NCBI RefSeq assembly: GCF_001194135.2 | Contig: NC_068981.1 | Location: 102,019,821-102,081,783 of the forward strand | Source: Octopus bimaculoides | Taxonomy: Eukaryota | DNA: 61,963 bases | Direction of reading: 5' to 3' | In this document: positions 12,149 to 25,012 of the stretch, piece by piece | How the letters are laid out: every line of letters begins with the position of its first letter | How positions within the stretch are numbered: the first letter of the stretch is position 1 | Position numbers and translations under genes: made by a program | The notes under the pieces: model-generated | What the model was told of the DNA's origin: nothing | The model's input: only the letters and a program-made list of their open reading frames with translations | Database searches by the model: none

Positions 12149-14407
12149 CATGGGTATCAAACTTAATAGCACAGGGAGCCAAAATTCAAATCACACTTAA
12201 GGTTGTGGGTCGAAATGGATAAACATTTATTAAGTAGTGGAAATCTAAACCATTTTTTAAAAACAATGATAAGAATTAAAACAGACAAAAGTTAAAATAA
12301 TAGCAACTCAAGGCATACCAATTTTCACTCTGATGCCAATTTGTCAGAGCTGGCTGTTTCGAACTTTTCTTGGCAACAAATTATGTTTGGAATAAGGTTC
12401 TGTGTTATGGAGATTCTCAAGATGGACTGTGGGTATTCATCAGTGAGAGGACTCCAGTGTGATGTTCTGTTATTTTTCATCACAGAGAACAGCTACTCAC
12501 ACAGATATGTGCTACCAAACATGCTCAAGTTTGAGCTGCATGTAGATGAAGCTTGGGCGTCTCTTTAGGAATGAAATGAGCTGTGCAGGCCCCTAATTTA
12601 CTTTTGGTGCCCCAGTACACTGCAACTCTATGAGCTCCATCTGCAAATGTACAGGAGCAGTTTCTACGTTGATGGCAAATGGGTTGTAAAACAGCTCAAA
12701 ATTACTTGTCTGTACTTCAAAGTTACTAAAATGCCATGTGAACTCAGTTTTGCAGTAAAGTGTGCATTTGGAAACACCATGGTGCTGACTTGGTTCAACG
12801 TTGCTTTGCAATAAGGAAAGAGAAACAAGTTGCGTAGGTGCATTTGTGTCTCCCATAAGTGTGAAGCTTCAACTGAAATGCCTTCACTGCATCATGCATA
12901 TCAGTGATCAAGTGCTTCCGTTCCTGGAGCTGTAGGTTTAAGATGTTGAGATGAGTAGTTATGACAGACAGCAATGCCATCTCACATTTTCACTTTTTAT
13001 CCAGAAAAACTGTGGAGTCTTTTCTTTGATGTCCATGAACTGACAGATTTCCTCGATCAGCAGGAAAACTCTGAGAACTTTTCCCTGGCTTAGCCATTGC
13101 AGCTCTGTATAAGGCATATCGCTGAACTCTGAATCTATTTCCTCAAAAAAAGACTGAAATTGGCAGTGATTTAAACCTTTGGCTCTGATAAAGCTGATGG
13201 TTTGTGTTAGAGTGTTCATTACATGCTCCATGTTGAGGACTTTACCACACAGCGATCCTTGGTGTATGATGCAGTGATATACTGTCAACTCACCAGTACA
13301 GTCCTCCTGCATCTTTAACAGCATACTTCCTACTAGTCCACTTTTTCACTGCACATCGCTGGTGCTCCATCTGTTTTAAGTTCAACAAGTTAGCTCCAAG
13401 GCAGGTTCATGTCAGTTACACTTCAACATATGTTGTCAAAAATGTCTTTTCCTGTTGTTGTCCCATGCATGGATTTCATGTAAACTGGATTCCACTCCAC
13501 GGACGAAGATGGCGAGCTGTGCAGTGACAGTCGTATCATTATTTTCTTTGACACCAAGAAAATATACAACAAAGTCCTTGCCTTTTCAATCAGCTGTGTC
13601 TTCACATCAGTGGCTATCTCACAAACTTGATCAGTAATTGTATATCTGCTAAGGATTTCATTTGCAAACATTTGCTTTTTGTCTGGACAAGACGTCACAT
13701 ACTTCCATCATGCATTTCTTCAGAAACTCTCTCAGTCAATGGTTGGGGTTGATTTGGCGATCTCCTCTGCCACAATAAAATTTGCTTTCGCAGCAGCTTC
13801 TCTTTGTGATTTTGCTTTCATGAAAAACCCCTGCTGTGATGTTAGATTGCTTTTCGATTCTTCTACTTTCTGTAGCTTCTGTTCTGCATGTAAGTTTTTC
13901 GATTTGTCTCGTAGTGCCATCTTTGATTATATTCCTTGATCACAGCCACATTATCTCCACAATTTAGACACACAGGTTTACTGCCAGTATCAGTAAACAT
14001 ATATTGAGCCTCCCGTGGCTTTGAAAGGCTCTCTTTTCAGAATAAACTTTTCTCATGACCATTTTAATGGCTAGCTTTGATTTAAAATTAAGATTGCGCA
14101 TCTACCGATAGACACTTGATTGATATGGCATAAGAGGGAAGGAGTGATGCAATATCCAGGCACCACACTACTTTCATCTCTTATGCGCCAATCCAAAATG
14201 AACAACAGGACGTTGCTAGGTTACTGTAATGACGAACATGCATGCACTTGACGCGAGAATGCTCTCAGGCAGCTTTTCGTTCGACAAAGCTGCTAAATTG
14301 GGGAATTTATGGTTTGCACTTCATATCACCGGGCCATTAAAAAATATTTGCCAAAAATTCTCTCACAGGCCGGATATGGCCCGTGGGTTTTGAGTTTGAC
14401 ACCTGTG
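12149..14407 (-). mobile_element. Decayed full-length hAT transposon, Buster/Charlie/SPIN group (GTF2IRD2-like transposase)
   Basis: TIRs catgggtatcaaact / agtttgacacctgtg; TSD ctataggt / ctataggc with TA at positions 4-5; fragments TAQLAIFVRGV, TDGAPAMC, HCIIHQ..LC, WLSQGKVL, QMELIELQC and MFGSTYLCEQLFS (hATC domain). Confidence 0.93.
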
Positions 14408-14490
14408 CTATAGGCTCAGCTCAACCAATACATTTTTAGTGAAACTGAAAGAGAGAAACTGAAGAAATCTGTAGAGTGTGCGTGTGTTTT

Positions 14491-14527
<37 letters not shown>

Positions 14528-16148
14528 GTATTAGACTGTAGCCTTAGATACAATGTTAAAAGAATTAATACGATCATCACGGCAGTAATATCTTTGGTCA
14601 TAGATTTGATTGTTCAGAGCTGCACACATATACAGAAAGACACATCGAAACACACGCACACACATCCATGAAACAAAATATTTACATTTAATGATGCTTG
14701 TAGATGAAATATGTGAACATTACAGACATGATTAGGTGATCGATAATGAGCAAGTAAAAAATGATTGCTCAAATTATTAAACTCATTTTGAGCATATGTT
14801 TATTGTTAATCAGCATATTAACTCAGTTTCTCTCATCATCTTTTATGATAAAAGTTTGGAAATAGACAAATAAATAGGATAAAATAATGCCATTAAAACA
14901 GCTGTTAGATTCACAACAAAGAAACTAAAAAAATAACATATATATATATATATATATATATACCTTTATATACTTTAATTTGAATTTATTCCTGATTTAG
15001 ATATACATTTAGACATAAGAAAGTTTAAAGAAACAGGGAAAAGAAATGAAGAAAAATCATGTTTTACTGACTGACATAAGAAAACTTTAACATTTCAAAT
15101 TTTATATATAGCTTGCAACAAGAATAAAGGTGAAAGAAAACAAGGATATTAAATAATATTGGATGAAAAAGGTTCAACAAAGAAAATTACAAATGTTTCA
15201 ACCAGTTTTATCCTGTTGAAATGATTTCTTTCTGCTTTTCGTTTTTGTCGTATTCTAAATTGATCTACAAAATATATTTATTCTAATATGGCTGCCAGAC
15301 AACATCGTGCACCAGCTTATTATTAACATTGTTATTTATTAGTTTCCAAATTGCGGTAATTATATGTGAACAAGTACGAACATTTATTGACAAAACCAAA
15401 ATAAAAATAAAATTTTAAAAAATCCTAAAATATAAAAAACAACATTATAACATATATTCATCTATTTTCTAATTTGCCTTGTTAGTATCTCAGGAAATCA
15501 AGAGGAAATGTTAAACAAAAAAATATTAAAATTAACGAAGGAAAAAGAAATTAAACATGCCTAGCAACAGTCTAAGTGATTATATCTTTATTTGTCTAAT
15601 CATATAAATTTTGTCAATTGGAGAATTAAATTTCCTAAGGCATTTACACACACACATTCAAATACAATTATACCCGTAACTGCAGACTGGTAGACATATA
15701 GACAGACAGGTATGCATATATGTAGTTTAAAGTTTACACTAGAGGTAAATTAGTAAATTATACTTTGTGTACGTCAGATGGAAATATATTGTCAAAAACG
15801 ACCGATGGAATAAGCATGAAAGAATAAGAACTGGGGTCGTATTCATTCAACTTTCAAGATGGTGCTCCTGCATGGCCGCAGTCCAGTAACTGAAACATGT
15901 AAAAGATATAAAAGAAAAAAACAGGTTTGGCCAAAAGTCAGCCGACAGTAAATCAAAATTCCATAAATACTATCTGTAATTCTGCATCGACTCGAATGGA
16001 AAAATGTGTCGCTCAAGAAGATACTTCAGTATGTACTATTTTCATGATGCTTCATATTTAAATGTTTTTATTAAATTCATTCAGTTGTTAAACAAATAAA
16101 TCTTGGAATTAAATGGTTTTGATTTACTATCAGGTGACTTTTGGCCAA

Positions 16149-16187
<39 letters not shown>

Positions 16188-16529
16188 NNNNNNNNNNNNN
16201 NNNNNNNNNNNNNNNNNNNNNNNNNNNNNNNNNNNNNNNNNNNNNNNNNNNNNNNNNNNNNNNNNNNNNNNNNNNNNNNNNNNNNNNNNNNNNNNNNNNN
16301 NNNNNNNNNNNNNNNNNNNNNNNNNNNNNNNNNNNNNNNNNNNNNNNNNNNNNNNNNNNNNNNNNNNNNNNNNNNNNNNNNNNNNNNNNNNNNNNNNNNN
16401 NNNNNNNNNNNNNNNNNNNNNNNNNNNNNNNNNNNNNNNNNNNNNNNNNNNNNNNNNNNNNNNNNNNNNNNNNNNNNNNNNNNNNNNNNNNNNNNNNNNN
16501 NNNNNNNNNNNNNNNNNNNNNNNNNNNNN

Positions 16530-16571
<42 letters not shown>

Positions 16572-16624
16572 TATATATACACACACATATGTACGTGCCT
16601 ACATGTATATGTATAGAAACATGC

Positions 16625-16800
16625 ATATATGGGTACAAGACATCAAAGAAACGTGAGCAAAATGAGAAACGAGAACATAAAAAAACAAAAGCATGGAAAA
16701 CGAACACTGTACAACGAAAGAAACAACTAGACAAACGAGACAGGCAACATAAAGAACATTCCCTTCCTCCGTTGTCCCGTTTTATCTACTCCGCGTTCAG
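16625..16800 (-). repeat. Repeat fragment, same family as 54140-54295; possibly Penelope-associated
   Basis: Shares tga(t/c)gtc(t/c)tgtac(c/t)ca end and ...gaagg(g)aat.. block with 54140-54295. Confidence 0.4.
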
Positions 16801-17616
16801 TTCTTACCTAGTTTTCGTGTAACGACGAAGGGAATAACTGAATAAAGAGTATAAACTATTAAAAGTGACTCGGTGATGACGGAGGCGTAGACGGTGACAC
16901 TAGCGTTGATTATGATGAAAGGAGAGACAGAGAGAGAGAAGCGGAAATAGTGAGATCAATGAAAGAGAGAGACAAAGAGAAAAACAGGAGAGAGAGAGAG
17001 AGAGACAGAGAAAAAAAGGTGGAAATAATGGAAACAATAAAAAGATACAAAAAGAGAGAGAGGGAGAGGTGGGGAAGACGGAGAAAGAGTGAGAATAAGT
17101 AAGCATACGAAAGAAAGAGGGTGAAAGTGATAGAAAGATTTTAACACGATGAAGAAAGGGGGAAAGGGAAGAATACAAAAATGTAGCAGAAATTGTGATG
17201 TCACAATATCTTTCGTTAGCCAAATCTTCCCCCTTCTCTTCCTCTGGATTCCTTTGAAGTGTTTTTGAAATGTATCTGAGAATATAAAATAACTGCTTCA
17301 GAGTTAGAAACAAGGCTAGCAATTTTGAGGGAATCGGGTTAGTCGATATCATCGATAACATTGACTCCCGAGAAAGTATTATTTTGTTACAAGAATGGAA
17401 ACAATGTTAAGATTCTCCGTATACATGTATGAAATGTACTTGAATTGGGAGGCACTTACTTTAAGAAGCCCTCATACGGATGTTGGCTCTTCGAAAGTTA
17501 AAAGGTGCACGAATGTGCATATTAATGTGCACTAAGTATGTATGTGTGTGTGGGGGGGGGGTGTAAAAGCTAAATTGTAATCAAAATATAACTCCAGATA
17601 GTTTTATCAAGTATAC

Positions 17617-17886
17617 TCTTTACTCTTTTACTCTTTTACTTGTTTCAGTCATTTGACTGTGGCCATGCTGGAGCACCACCTTTTAGTCGATCAAATCGAC
17701 CCCGGGACTTATTCTTTGTAAGCCCAGTACTTATTCTATCGGTCTCTATTGCTGAACCGCTAAGTTACGCGGACGTAAACACACCAGTATCGGTTGTCAA
17801 GCGATGGGGGGGGGGNNNNNNNNNNNNNNNNNNNNNNNNNNNNNNNNNNNNNNNNNNNNNNNNNNNNNNNNNNNNNNNNNNNNNNN

Positions 17887-17945
<59 letters not shown>

Positions 17946-18105
17946 CGACGGGCTTCTTTCAGTTTCTGTCTACCAAATCCACTCACAAGGCTTTGGTCGG
18001 CTCGAGGCTATAGTAGAAGACACTTGCCCAAGGTGCCACGGAGTGGGACTGAATCCGGAACCATGTGGTTCGTAAGCAAGCTACTTACCACACAGCCACT
18101 CCTAC
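17617..18105 (-). mobile_element. SINE family A, CpG-rich copy with internal gap
   Basis: Complete tail and head blocks; many CpGs intact. Confidence 0.88.
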
Positions 18106-18478
18106 GCATAATATGTTTGTAAATATTACAAGGTGATTGTCAAAATAATTATAATCCTTTCTACTACAGGCACAAGGCCTGTAATTTTTGTTGGGAAGGG
18201 ACTAGTTGATTACATCCACTCCATTGATAATTCTTATCGCTATTGTAAAAGAGACACCTTTGGCAAAGTGGTCCTGGGTTCCTTGCATATAGAAAAAATA
18301 CTAGATAGTCATGGCCAGAATGCTTTTGATCATAGATTTGCTCCACCAGGGCTGACCTGGGGTTAAACAACAACAACTAAAGGGAGCTGCTACATAGTTA
18401 CTTGCTCTGGTAGAAATAGCAGCTAAATTTCAGCTGAATGACCCTTTACAATCTTCAGAAGGGATACATATTGGTTTA

Positions 18479-18838
18479 TCTTTTACTTGTTTCAGTCATT
18501 AGATTGTGGCCATGCTGGGGCACCGCCTTAAAAAGTTTAGCCAAACAAATGAGCCCCAGGACTTATTTTTAAGTCTTGTTCTTATTCTATCAGTTTCTTT
18601 TGCCAAACCATTATGTTACAGGGACATAAATCAATAACGTTTGTCAAGCAATGATAGGAAACAAATACAAATAGACACACACGCACATACGCGATGGGCT
18701 TCCACACAGTTTCCATCTACCAAATACACTCACAAGACATTGGTCAGTCAGGGGTTATAGCAAAGGTGCAACACAGTGGAACTGAACCTGAAACCACTTG
18801 GTTACAAAGTGAGCTTTTTAATCACACAGCTGTGCCTT
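18479..18838 (-). mobile_element. SINE family A (diverged)
   Basis: Tail and head blocks recognisable. Confidence 0.75.
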
Positions 18839-18914
18839 CTGCATAATACAAATCAGGTTTACAAATATGCAATGTCTGAGAGGACAGAGAGGTCATGATC
18901 GGAATCGTTTAGAC

Positions 18915-19566
18915 CAGTGGGTCCTCAATCGGGGTCCATGTGGCTTTTAGGGTTCCCTATCAAATTTTGTTGTTAAAATTTATCTGCAACAAATTGCTTA
19001 TACTTCTACAATACACAAAATATAAAAAATTTTTTTTTTACCTAATTCTTTTATTCTTTAACTTGTTTCAGTCAGTTGACTGCGGCCATGCTGGAGCACC
19101 GCCTTAAAAGGTATTAGTTTAAGAAATCGACCCCAGGACTTATTCTTTGTAAGCCTAGTACTTATTCTATCAGTCTCATTTGCTGAACCACTAAGTTACA
19201 GAGACAAACACACCAGCATCGGTTGTCAAGCGATAGCGGGGGNNNNNNNNNNNNNGGGGGGGGGGGGGCAAACACACACACACATATGCGGTTAGTTTCC
19301 ATCTACCAAATCCACTCACAATGCTTTGGTCGGTCCAAGGCTATAGTAGAAGACACTCATCCAAGGTGTCATGCAGAGGGACTGAACCCAGCACCATGTT
19401 GTTGGAAAGCAAGCTTCTTACCACACAGCCACACCTGCATCTAATAATATTTAATTATAAAAATACAGGAGAATTTTTTTAATATTCATCAAATGACTAC
19501 AGAGGCCCAGTAGAGTTAAATAGGAATCAAAGGAGTCCAGAAGCAAAAGATGGTTGAGAAACATTG
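18915..19566. mobile_element. hAT MITE interrupted by a SINE family A copy (about 19047-19438)
   Basis: Ends cagtgggtcctcaat / ttgagaaacattg; TSD gtttagac / gtttagat; paralog at 38680-39334. Confidence 0.75.
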
Positions 19567-19704
19567 GTTTAGATAGTATGGTGTAATTTGAGGTTAATTC
19601 GGTTGTTATTTCTAACTGCAAGTCATGCATAATGGCTTCCCTCACTGACTCACACTCCCTCAAAATTGAAGGTGATGACGAAAAGAGAAGAGGATAACAG
19701 CATC

Positions 19705-19995
19705 ATTTTCAGCAGCCAGTCTGTATATAACTGGTGCTACTCTGGTTATGATGATGAGTGTTCCAGTTGATCTGGTCAAAAGAACAGCCTGCTTGTGAAA
19801 TTAAGTGTGCAAGTGGTTGAGCACTCCACAGACTCATGTCTCCTTGATGTAGTTCTCTGGGAGATTCAGTGTGACACTGAAGGCAACAAGGCTGGCCCTT
19901 TTGAATCATAGGTACTACTCATTTTTGAGTGAACTGGTGCAACATGAAATAAGTATCCTGCTCAAAGATGCAATGATGATTGTAAGCTGGATACC
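19705..19995 (-). mobile_element. SINE family C fragment
   Basis: Reverse complement of the agccttgtcacac..gagaactac..gtgctcagccacttgcac block seen in 38778-39167. Confidence 0.7.
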
Positions 19996-20347
19996 CTAAC
20001 CATTAAGCCATGTGCCTTCAGTCCGTATATACTATCTGGAGAAATGAGTTTAAAATGTGCAAATGTTCTATTGCAATTGAGTAAGATTTATTTCCCAGTT
20101 TTTAACTGTATAACCCCAAAGTTCAATATCTTAATGTTCTCAGTCTATTGCTTATAAGTTATATTTATAAATTCACTTTCAAATCTCAGTCTTCATTCAT
20201 TCATTCTGATCAATCAAAAATGCTAAAAATAACTTTTATAGACTGACTTTCTTTTATAGATCGGTCAGTAACCTTACCTTCAATAAATCTAACTGCAGGT
20301 CCTATACATACCTCAGCCACATGTAAATGATTATATATATGTGTGTG

Positions 20348-20675
20348 TGTGTGTGTATATGTGGCTTAATGGTTGGGGTATTTGGTTCATGACTGTAAGG
20401 TCATGAGTTTGATTCCTGGCAGTGCATTGTGTCCTTAAGCAACAGGCTTTATTTCATGTTGCTCCAGTCCATTCATTTGGCAAAAATAAGTAGTACCTGT
20501 AATTCAAAGGTCCAGCCTTAGCACATTTTGTGTCATGCTGAATAACCCTGAGAACTACGATAACGGTACACATGTCTGTGAAGTACTCAGCCACTTGCAG
20601 GTTAATTTCAGGAGCAGCCTTTTCCGCTAATCGGATCATCTGAAACCCTCATTGTTGTAATCAACAGAGTGCCAG
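20348..20675 (+). mobile_element. SINE family C (diverged)
   Basis: tRNA-like head plus cagccttagcac..gagaactacg..ctcagccacttgca..ggatc block. Confidence 0.75.
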
Positions 20676-20681
20676 TTCACA

Positions 20682-20890
20682 TATTTATAGGAAGTTAATT
20701 ACATGGCCAACCATAGAAGGACCAATGGTTTCGTATCTATAAGGCTAAGTGCTTTATAAATGCGAAAGCATGTGTCACTCTAGCCCACAGCCATAAAAGT
20801 CCAATGAGCCATCTATAAAGCTAAGCACTTCATAAATGTGAAACCATTAGTCACTCTATGACTGGCCATATAATTAACTTCCTATAAATA
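20682..20890. mobile_element. MITE with long imperfect TIRs and TA ends
   Basis: tatttataggaagttaatta(c/t)atggcca at both ends in inverted orientation. Confidence 0.7.
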
Positions 20891-21371
20891 CATTACTGCT
20901 CAAATGAAATTTAGTGAAATTTCTAAAAAAATTCACTGCCCTATATATTTTATGTATATGTCTTTAGCAATTTTTAAAAGATTAATTTGGCAGTTATTCA
21001 TTTACTGCCGAATGAAACTGTGCTTGCACGGTGAATTTGAAAAAATATAATGTATAACGAAGAGACACGTGTTAATCATCTCTTAATTATATATTAGTGT
21101 TATGGCGCAGTCACTTGAAAAATTCGCCTAGCAAATTATTTTATTTGCTAAAAAAATTTAGAAACCTAGGTCTGACCGGAATAAAATAACAAGGTAAAAG
21201 TTTTTATTTTTCATTCCTTTTGAAAATTTGCTCTTAAATGTGGTTTTGGTCGTTTTGACTACTTCTTCTAGTGTGTAAAACTGCCTGTTGAAGGCAGTTT
21301 TCTCTTGTGTTTAAATTTGCTGCTCAAATATTTAGAGTGTGCTTCTTTCACAGATATATGATCTACTGATG

Positions 21372-21407
<36 letters not shown>

Positions 21408-21506
21408 ATGAGACAAGGTATAAATAATGGTTATTACATATTTTTCCTTCTTAGAATTATCTGAGTTGTCTCTTCTGGAGTCTATCAGGTTGGATATTTA
21501 CCTTAT

Positions 21507-21886
21507 CCTTTACTTGTTTCAGTCATTTGACTGTGGTCATGCTGGGGCACCACCTTGAAAGTTTAGTCAAATGTATTGATCCCAGTATTTATTTTGTTTT
21601 CAAAGCCTAGTACTTTCTCTATCACTCTCTTTTGCCAAACTGCTAAGTTACATGGACATAAACACACAAGCACCAGAGGTCATGTGGTGGTTGGGGACAA
21701 ACACAAAAACTAAGACACACACACACATATACGATGGGCTTCTTTCACTTTCCATCTACCACATCTACTCACATAGCTTTCGTCAACCTGAGACTATAGT
21801 AGAAGACATTTGCCCAAGGTGCTACTCAGTGGGACTGAACCCTGGACCAGGTAGTTGGGAAGCAAGCTTCTTACTATACAGCCATG
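21507..21886 (-). mobile_element. SINE family A
   Basis: Tail and head blocks in reverse orientation. Confidence 0.8.
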
Positions 21887-23123
21887 TCAGTCTGTTGCCT
21901 GTTCAGGAAAGAACCTATAAGTATGAGCTTGTTGGAGCTGCTAGCAATGAACTCTGAGATTCATGTAAGATGGACATAATTGGTTACCAACCATGACTAT
22001 TGTGAAGATTGGTCTGGTGTTTTCTTTTAGCGAGGAAGAGTGAAATCATCTTAAACTGAAGGATTTACATGACAAAAGAAGTTCTATGGTGGACATAGTT
22101 AAAAGATTTGGGGACAGAGTGTTTGTTTCTTCTCAGGCCAAGTTCTTATCAATTTCTTTCAGTAAGAGAAAGGTGAAATTAGAGGTGATGCTCTTTAGTA
22201 AAATTTATGAAAGGTAGGCAAGAGCTATGAAGCTTGCATGGCTAAATGGACCTACACTAATTATGCAATTGTAGACTAGCAAGAACTGGGAAAAGATCAT
22301 TAACTTTTGGTTGTCAAGGTAACCTGGTTGTGTATGTAGTGCTGCAAATCATTCTATGTAGTTGATACCCCCCCCCACCATTTATTTTCTTGTTCTTATT
22401 TTGCTTTACTAAACTGTTATTTCTATTTATTAATGTAGCTTAGTGGTTAAGAAGTCAGACTCACAATCATAAAGTCATGAGCTCAATTCCTGGATTATGT
22501 GGTGTGTTGTGTTCTTGAGCAAGGCTCTTCGTTTCACATTACTCCGTTTTGTTTGACTGAAAATGAGTACCAACTAAAACGCTGGTACAGCTCTCTCTCC
22601 TTCCAACTCTCACATCTAGGATATTCCACTGAATCAAATGCAAAAAAGACTGAGAGGGCATCTATGTCACCTCCTGACTACATAGGTACCTAAAACAATC
22701 AATGAATGCATGGTACATACAGTCGGGTCACAGCTGTGTGCAAGTAATGATTATGGTTTTGTTTTACTTAACTTTGATTTTTTTTCTCTCCTTCTCTTAC
22801 TCAATGTAAATCCCTACTATTGCTGGTCGTCCTTTCTGTTCTGGCTCTATACTCTCCCTAACATCTTTGGTCCTTTTAGCTAATAAAGGAAATCATTGAC
22901 ATGTTACACACAATGCTTTATACATTTTCATTCTGTGTGAGCAAGAGATCTTTGTGTGATGATTATCCTAAATCCTACACTTATATGCATGCTTAGCACA
23001 CACCTAAATATGCTCCACATAGATTAGAAAGAGTTGTAATATTGTTATCAAACACAACAGCAATGATAATAATAATCCTTATTTTGACATAAGGCCTGAA
23101 ATTTGTTACAGCTCTCTGTGCTA

Positions 23124-23465
23124 CTTTTACTTGTTTCATTAGACTTCTGGAGCACTGCCTCGAAGAGTTTATTCAAACAACATAACCCTAGTACTGTTTT
23201 GAAGTTTTGTACTTATTCCATCAGTCTCTATTGCTTAACCATTTAAGTTACAAGGATGTAAACAAACCAACACTAATTGTTGAGTGGTAGCAGGGACAAA
23301 CAAACACATAATGGGCTTCATCACAGTTTCTGTATACTATATTCCCTCACAAGGCATTGGTCAGCTTGGAGCTATAGTATAACACACTTGCTCATGGTGC
23401 TGTGCAGAGGGACTGAATCATAAACCACATGGTTACAAAATGAGCTACTTAACCACAAAGCTATG
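23124..23465 (-). mobile_element. SINE family A (diverged)
   Basis: Tail and head blocks recognisable. Confidence 0.7.
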
Positions 23466-23479
23466 TCTGCAAATCTAAG

Positions 23480-23682
23480 TTTGAATTATGTCGAGGTTAC
23501 CCTTGCTTCTTATCCTTTAGTGGTTCAATAAAATAAAGATCAGTCAAGTGATGAGATTGATACCATTGACTAATCCCTTTCTCCAAATTTATGGCGCTGT
23601 GCCTATGTTAGAAAGGATAATCATTGTTGTTGTTATTGTTGATGGTCTTATTTTATTATTGTTATTGTCATCATCATCATCA

Positions 23683-23716
<34 letters not shown>

Positions 23717-24140
23717 CATTATTAATATTATTTTGTCTCTTTACATTCTGAGTTCAAATTCTGCCGAGGTCAACTTTGCCTTTCATCCTTTCAGGGTCAA
23801 TAAGTTAAGAACCAGTGTAACACTGGGATCGATGTAATTGACTATCCCCCTCCCCCAAATATCAGGCCTTGTGCCTATAGTAGAAAGGATTATTATTATT
23901 ATCATCATTATTATTATTAAGGCAGCAAGCTGGCAGAATAATTAGCACTCTGGCCAAAATGCTTAGTGGTATTTCGCCCATCACTACGTTCTGAGTTCAA
24001 ATTCCACCAAGGTTGATTTTGTCTTTCATCCTTTTGGCTGGGTCAATAAATTAAGTAGCAGTGAAACACTGGGGTCGATGTAATCGACTGTCCTCCTACC
24101 CCAAATTTCAGGCCTTGTGCCTATAGTAGAAAAGATTATT
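23480..24140 (+). mobile_element. Tandem cluster of three SINE family B copies separated by (ATT/ATC)n
   Basis: Repeated ctgagttcaaatt..gtcaactttgcctttcatcctttc.gggtc.ataa..aagta and ccttgtgcctatagtagaaaggattatt ends. Confidence 0.8.
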
Positions 24141-24152
24141 ATTATTATTATT

Positions 24153-24565
24153 CAGTAGTCTTATTTTTATCATGTGCTTTCACTGCTCTACCAAGTACAG
24201 CTTTGTGTGCCTTGGGTATGTGCTGTGGTTTGTTGTGGTGCTCTTATTTTCACTGTATTGAAAGTGTTTTATGTAGGATATGTGCAGTGCCTAGTAGTAT
24301 TATTTTCTGTATCTTATACATACTTGTTAGTCCTGATGGTTTTGTTATGCATTTGTCAGAATATTTCTTTATCATATCTGATGTTCCTCCTATGATAGGA
24401 ATTGTTTCGGTTTTTAGACTCCACATTCAAGTTACCTCTATTTCCAGGTCTTTGTATTTTGAAAGTTTTTCCATTTCTTTTAGAGAAACATTGCCATCTG
24501 TTGGTATTGATACATTGATTAGAAAGCATTTTTTCTTGGTGGTCTCTGACAACTATATCTGGCCT
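24153..24565 (-). mobile_element. R4/Dong-like non-LTR retrotransposon 3' fragment (restriction-like endonuclease)
   Basis: Minus translation RPDIVVRD..VSIPTDGNVSLKEMEKLSKYKDLEIEV..WSLKTETIPII..IQKIILLGTAHILHK; 3' end abuts (ATT)n. Confidence 0.75.
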
Positions 24566-24640
24566 ATTGGCCTTAATTTCTTCTTCTTCGTCATCGTCAC
24601 CGCCGCTGTCGCCATCGTCATCGTATTAGTAGTAGCAGCA

Positions 24641-24820
24641 GCTAAGGCAGTGAACTATCAGAATCATTAGCATGCCAGATGAAATTCCACTGAGATCAAC
24701 ATTACCTTTCATTCTTTTAGGGTCGAGAAAAATAAAGTATCAGTTGTGCACTGGGGTCAATGTAATCAACTATCTCCCACCCCACAAATTTCAGGCCTTG
24801 TGTCAAAATAAGGATTATTA
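24641..24820 (+). mobile_element. SINE family B
   Basis: ggcagtgaact.tcagaatcattagcatgcc head; ggccttgtg..aaggattattatt tail. Confidence 0.7.
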
Positions 24821-24974
24821 TTATTATTGCTGTTGGGGGTTGATAACAACGTTGCTACTCTTTGTAGTATATGTGGAACATACTTAGGAGTGTGCTCAGC
24901 ATGCATATAAGTGCAGGATTTAGGGGAATCATCACACATAAAAACGTCTTGCTCACACAGAATGTATATTCAGG

Positions 24975-25012
<38 letters not shown>

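Noticed and set aside
11794-12172. Long ORFs rich in Y/I/C/V/H/T here and at many other sites (e.g. 32540-33158, 41500-41982, 55002-55635)
   Set aside because: Translations of dinucleotide microsatellites
21276-21301. Hairpin aaaactgcc/ggcagtttt as a possible Helitron 3' end
   Set aside because: No CTRR terminus at the expected distance and no other copy in the window
21900-22330. Possible degraded LINE ORF fragment
   Set aside because: Motifs too weak to assign by eye
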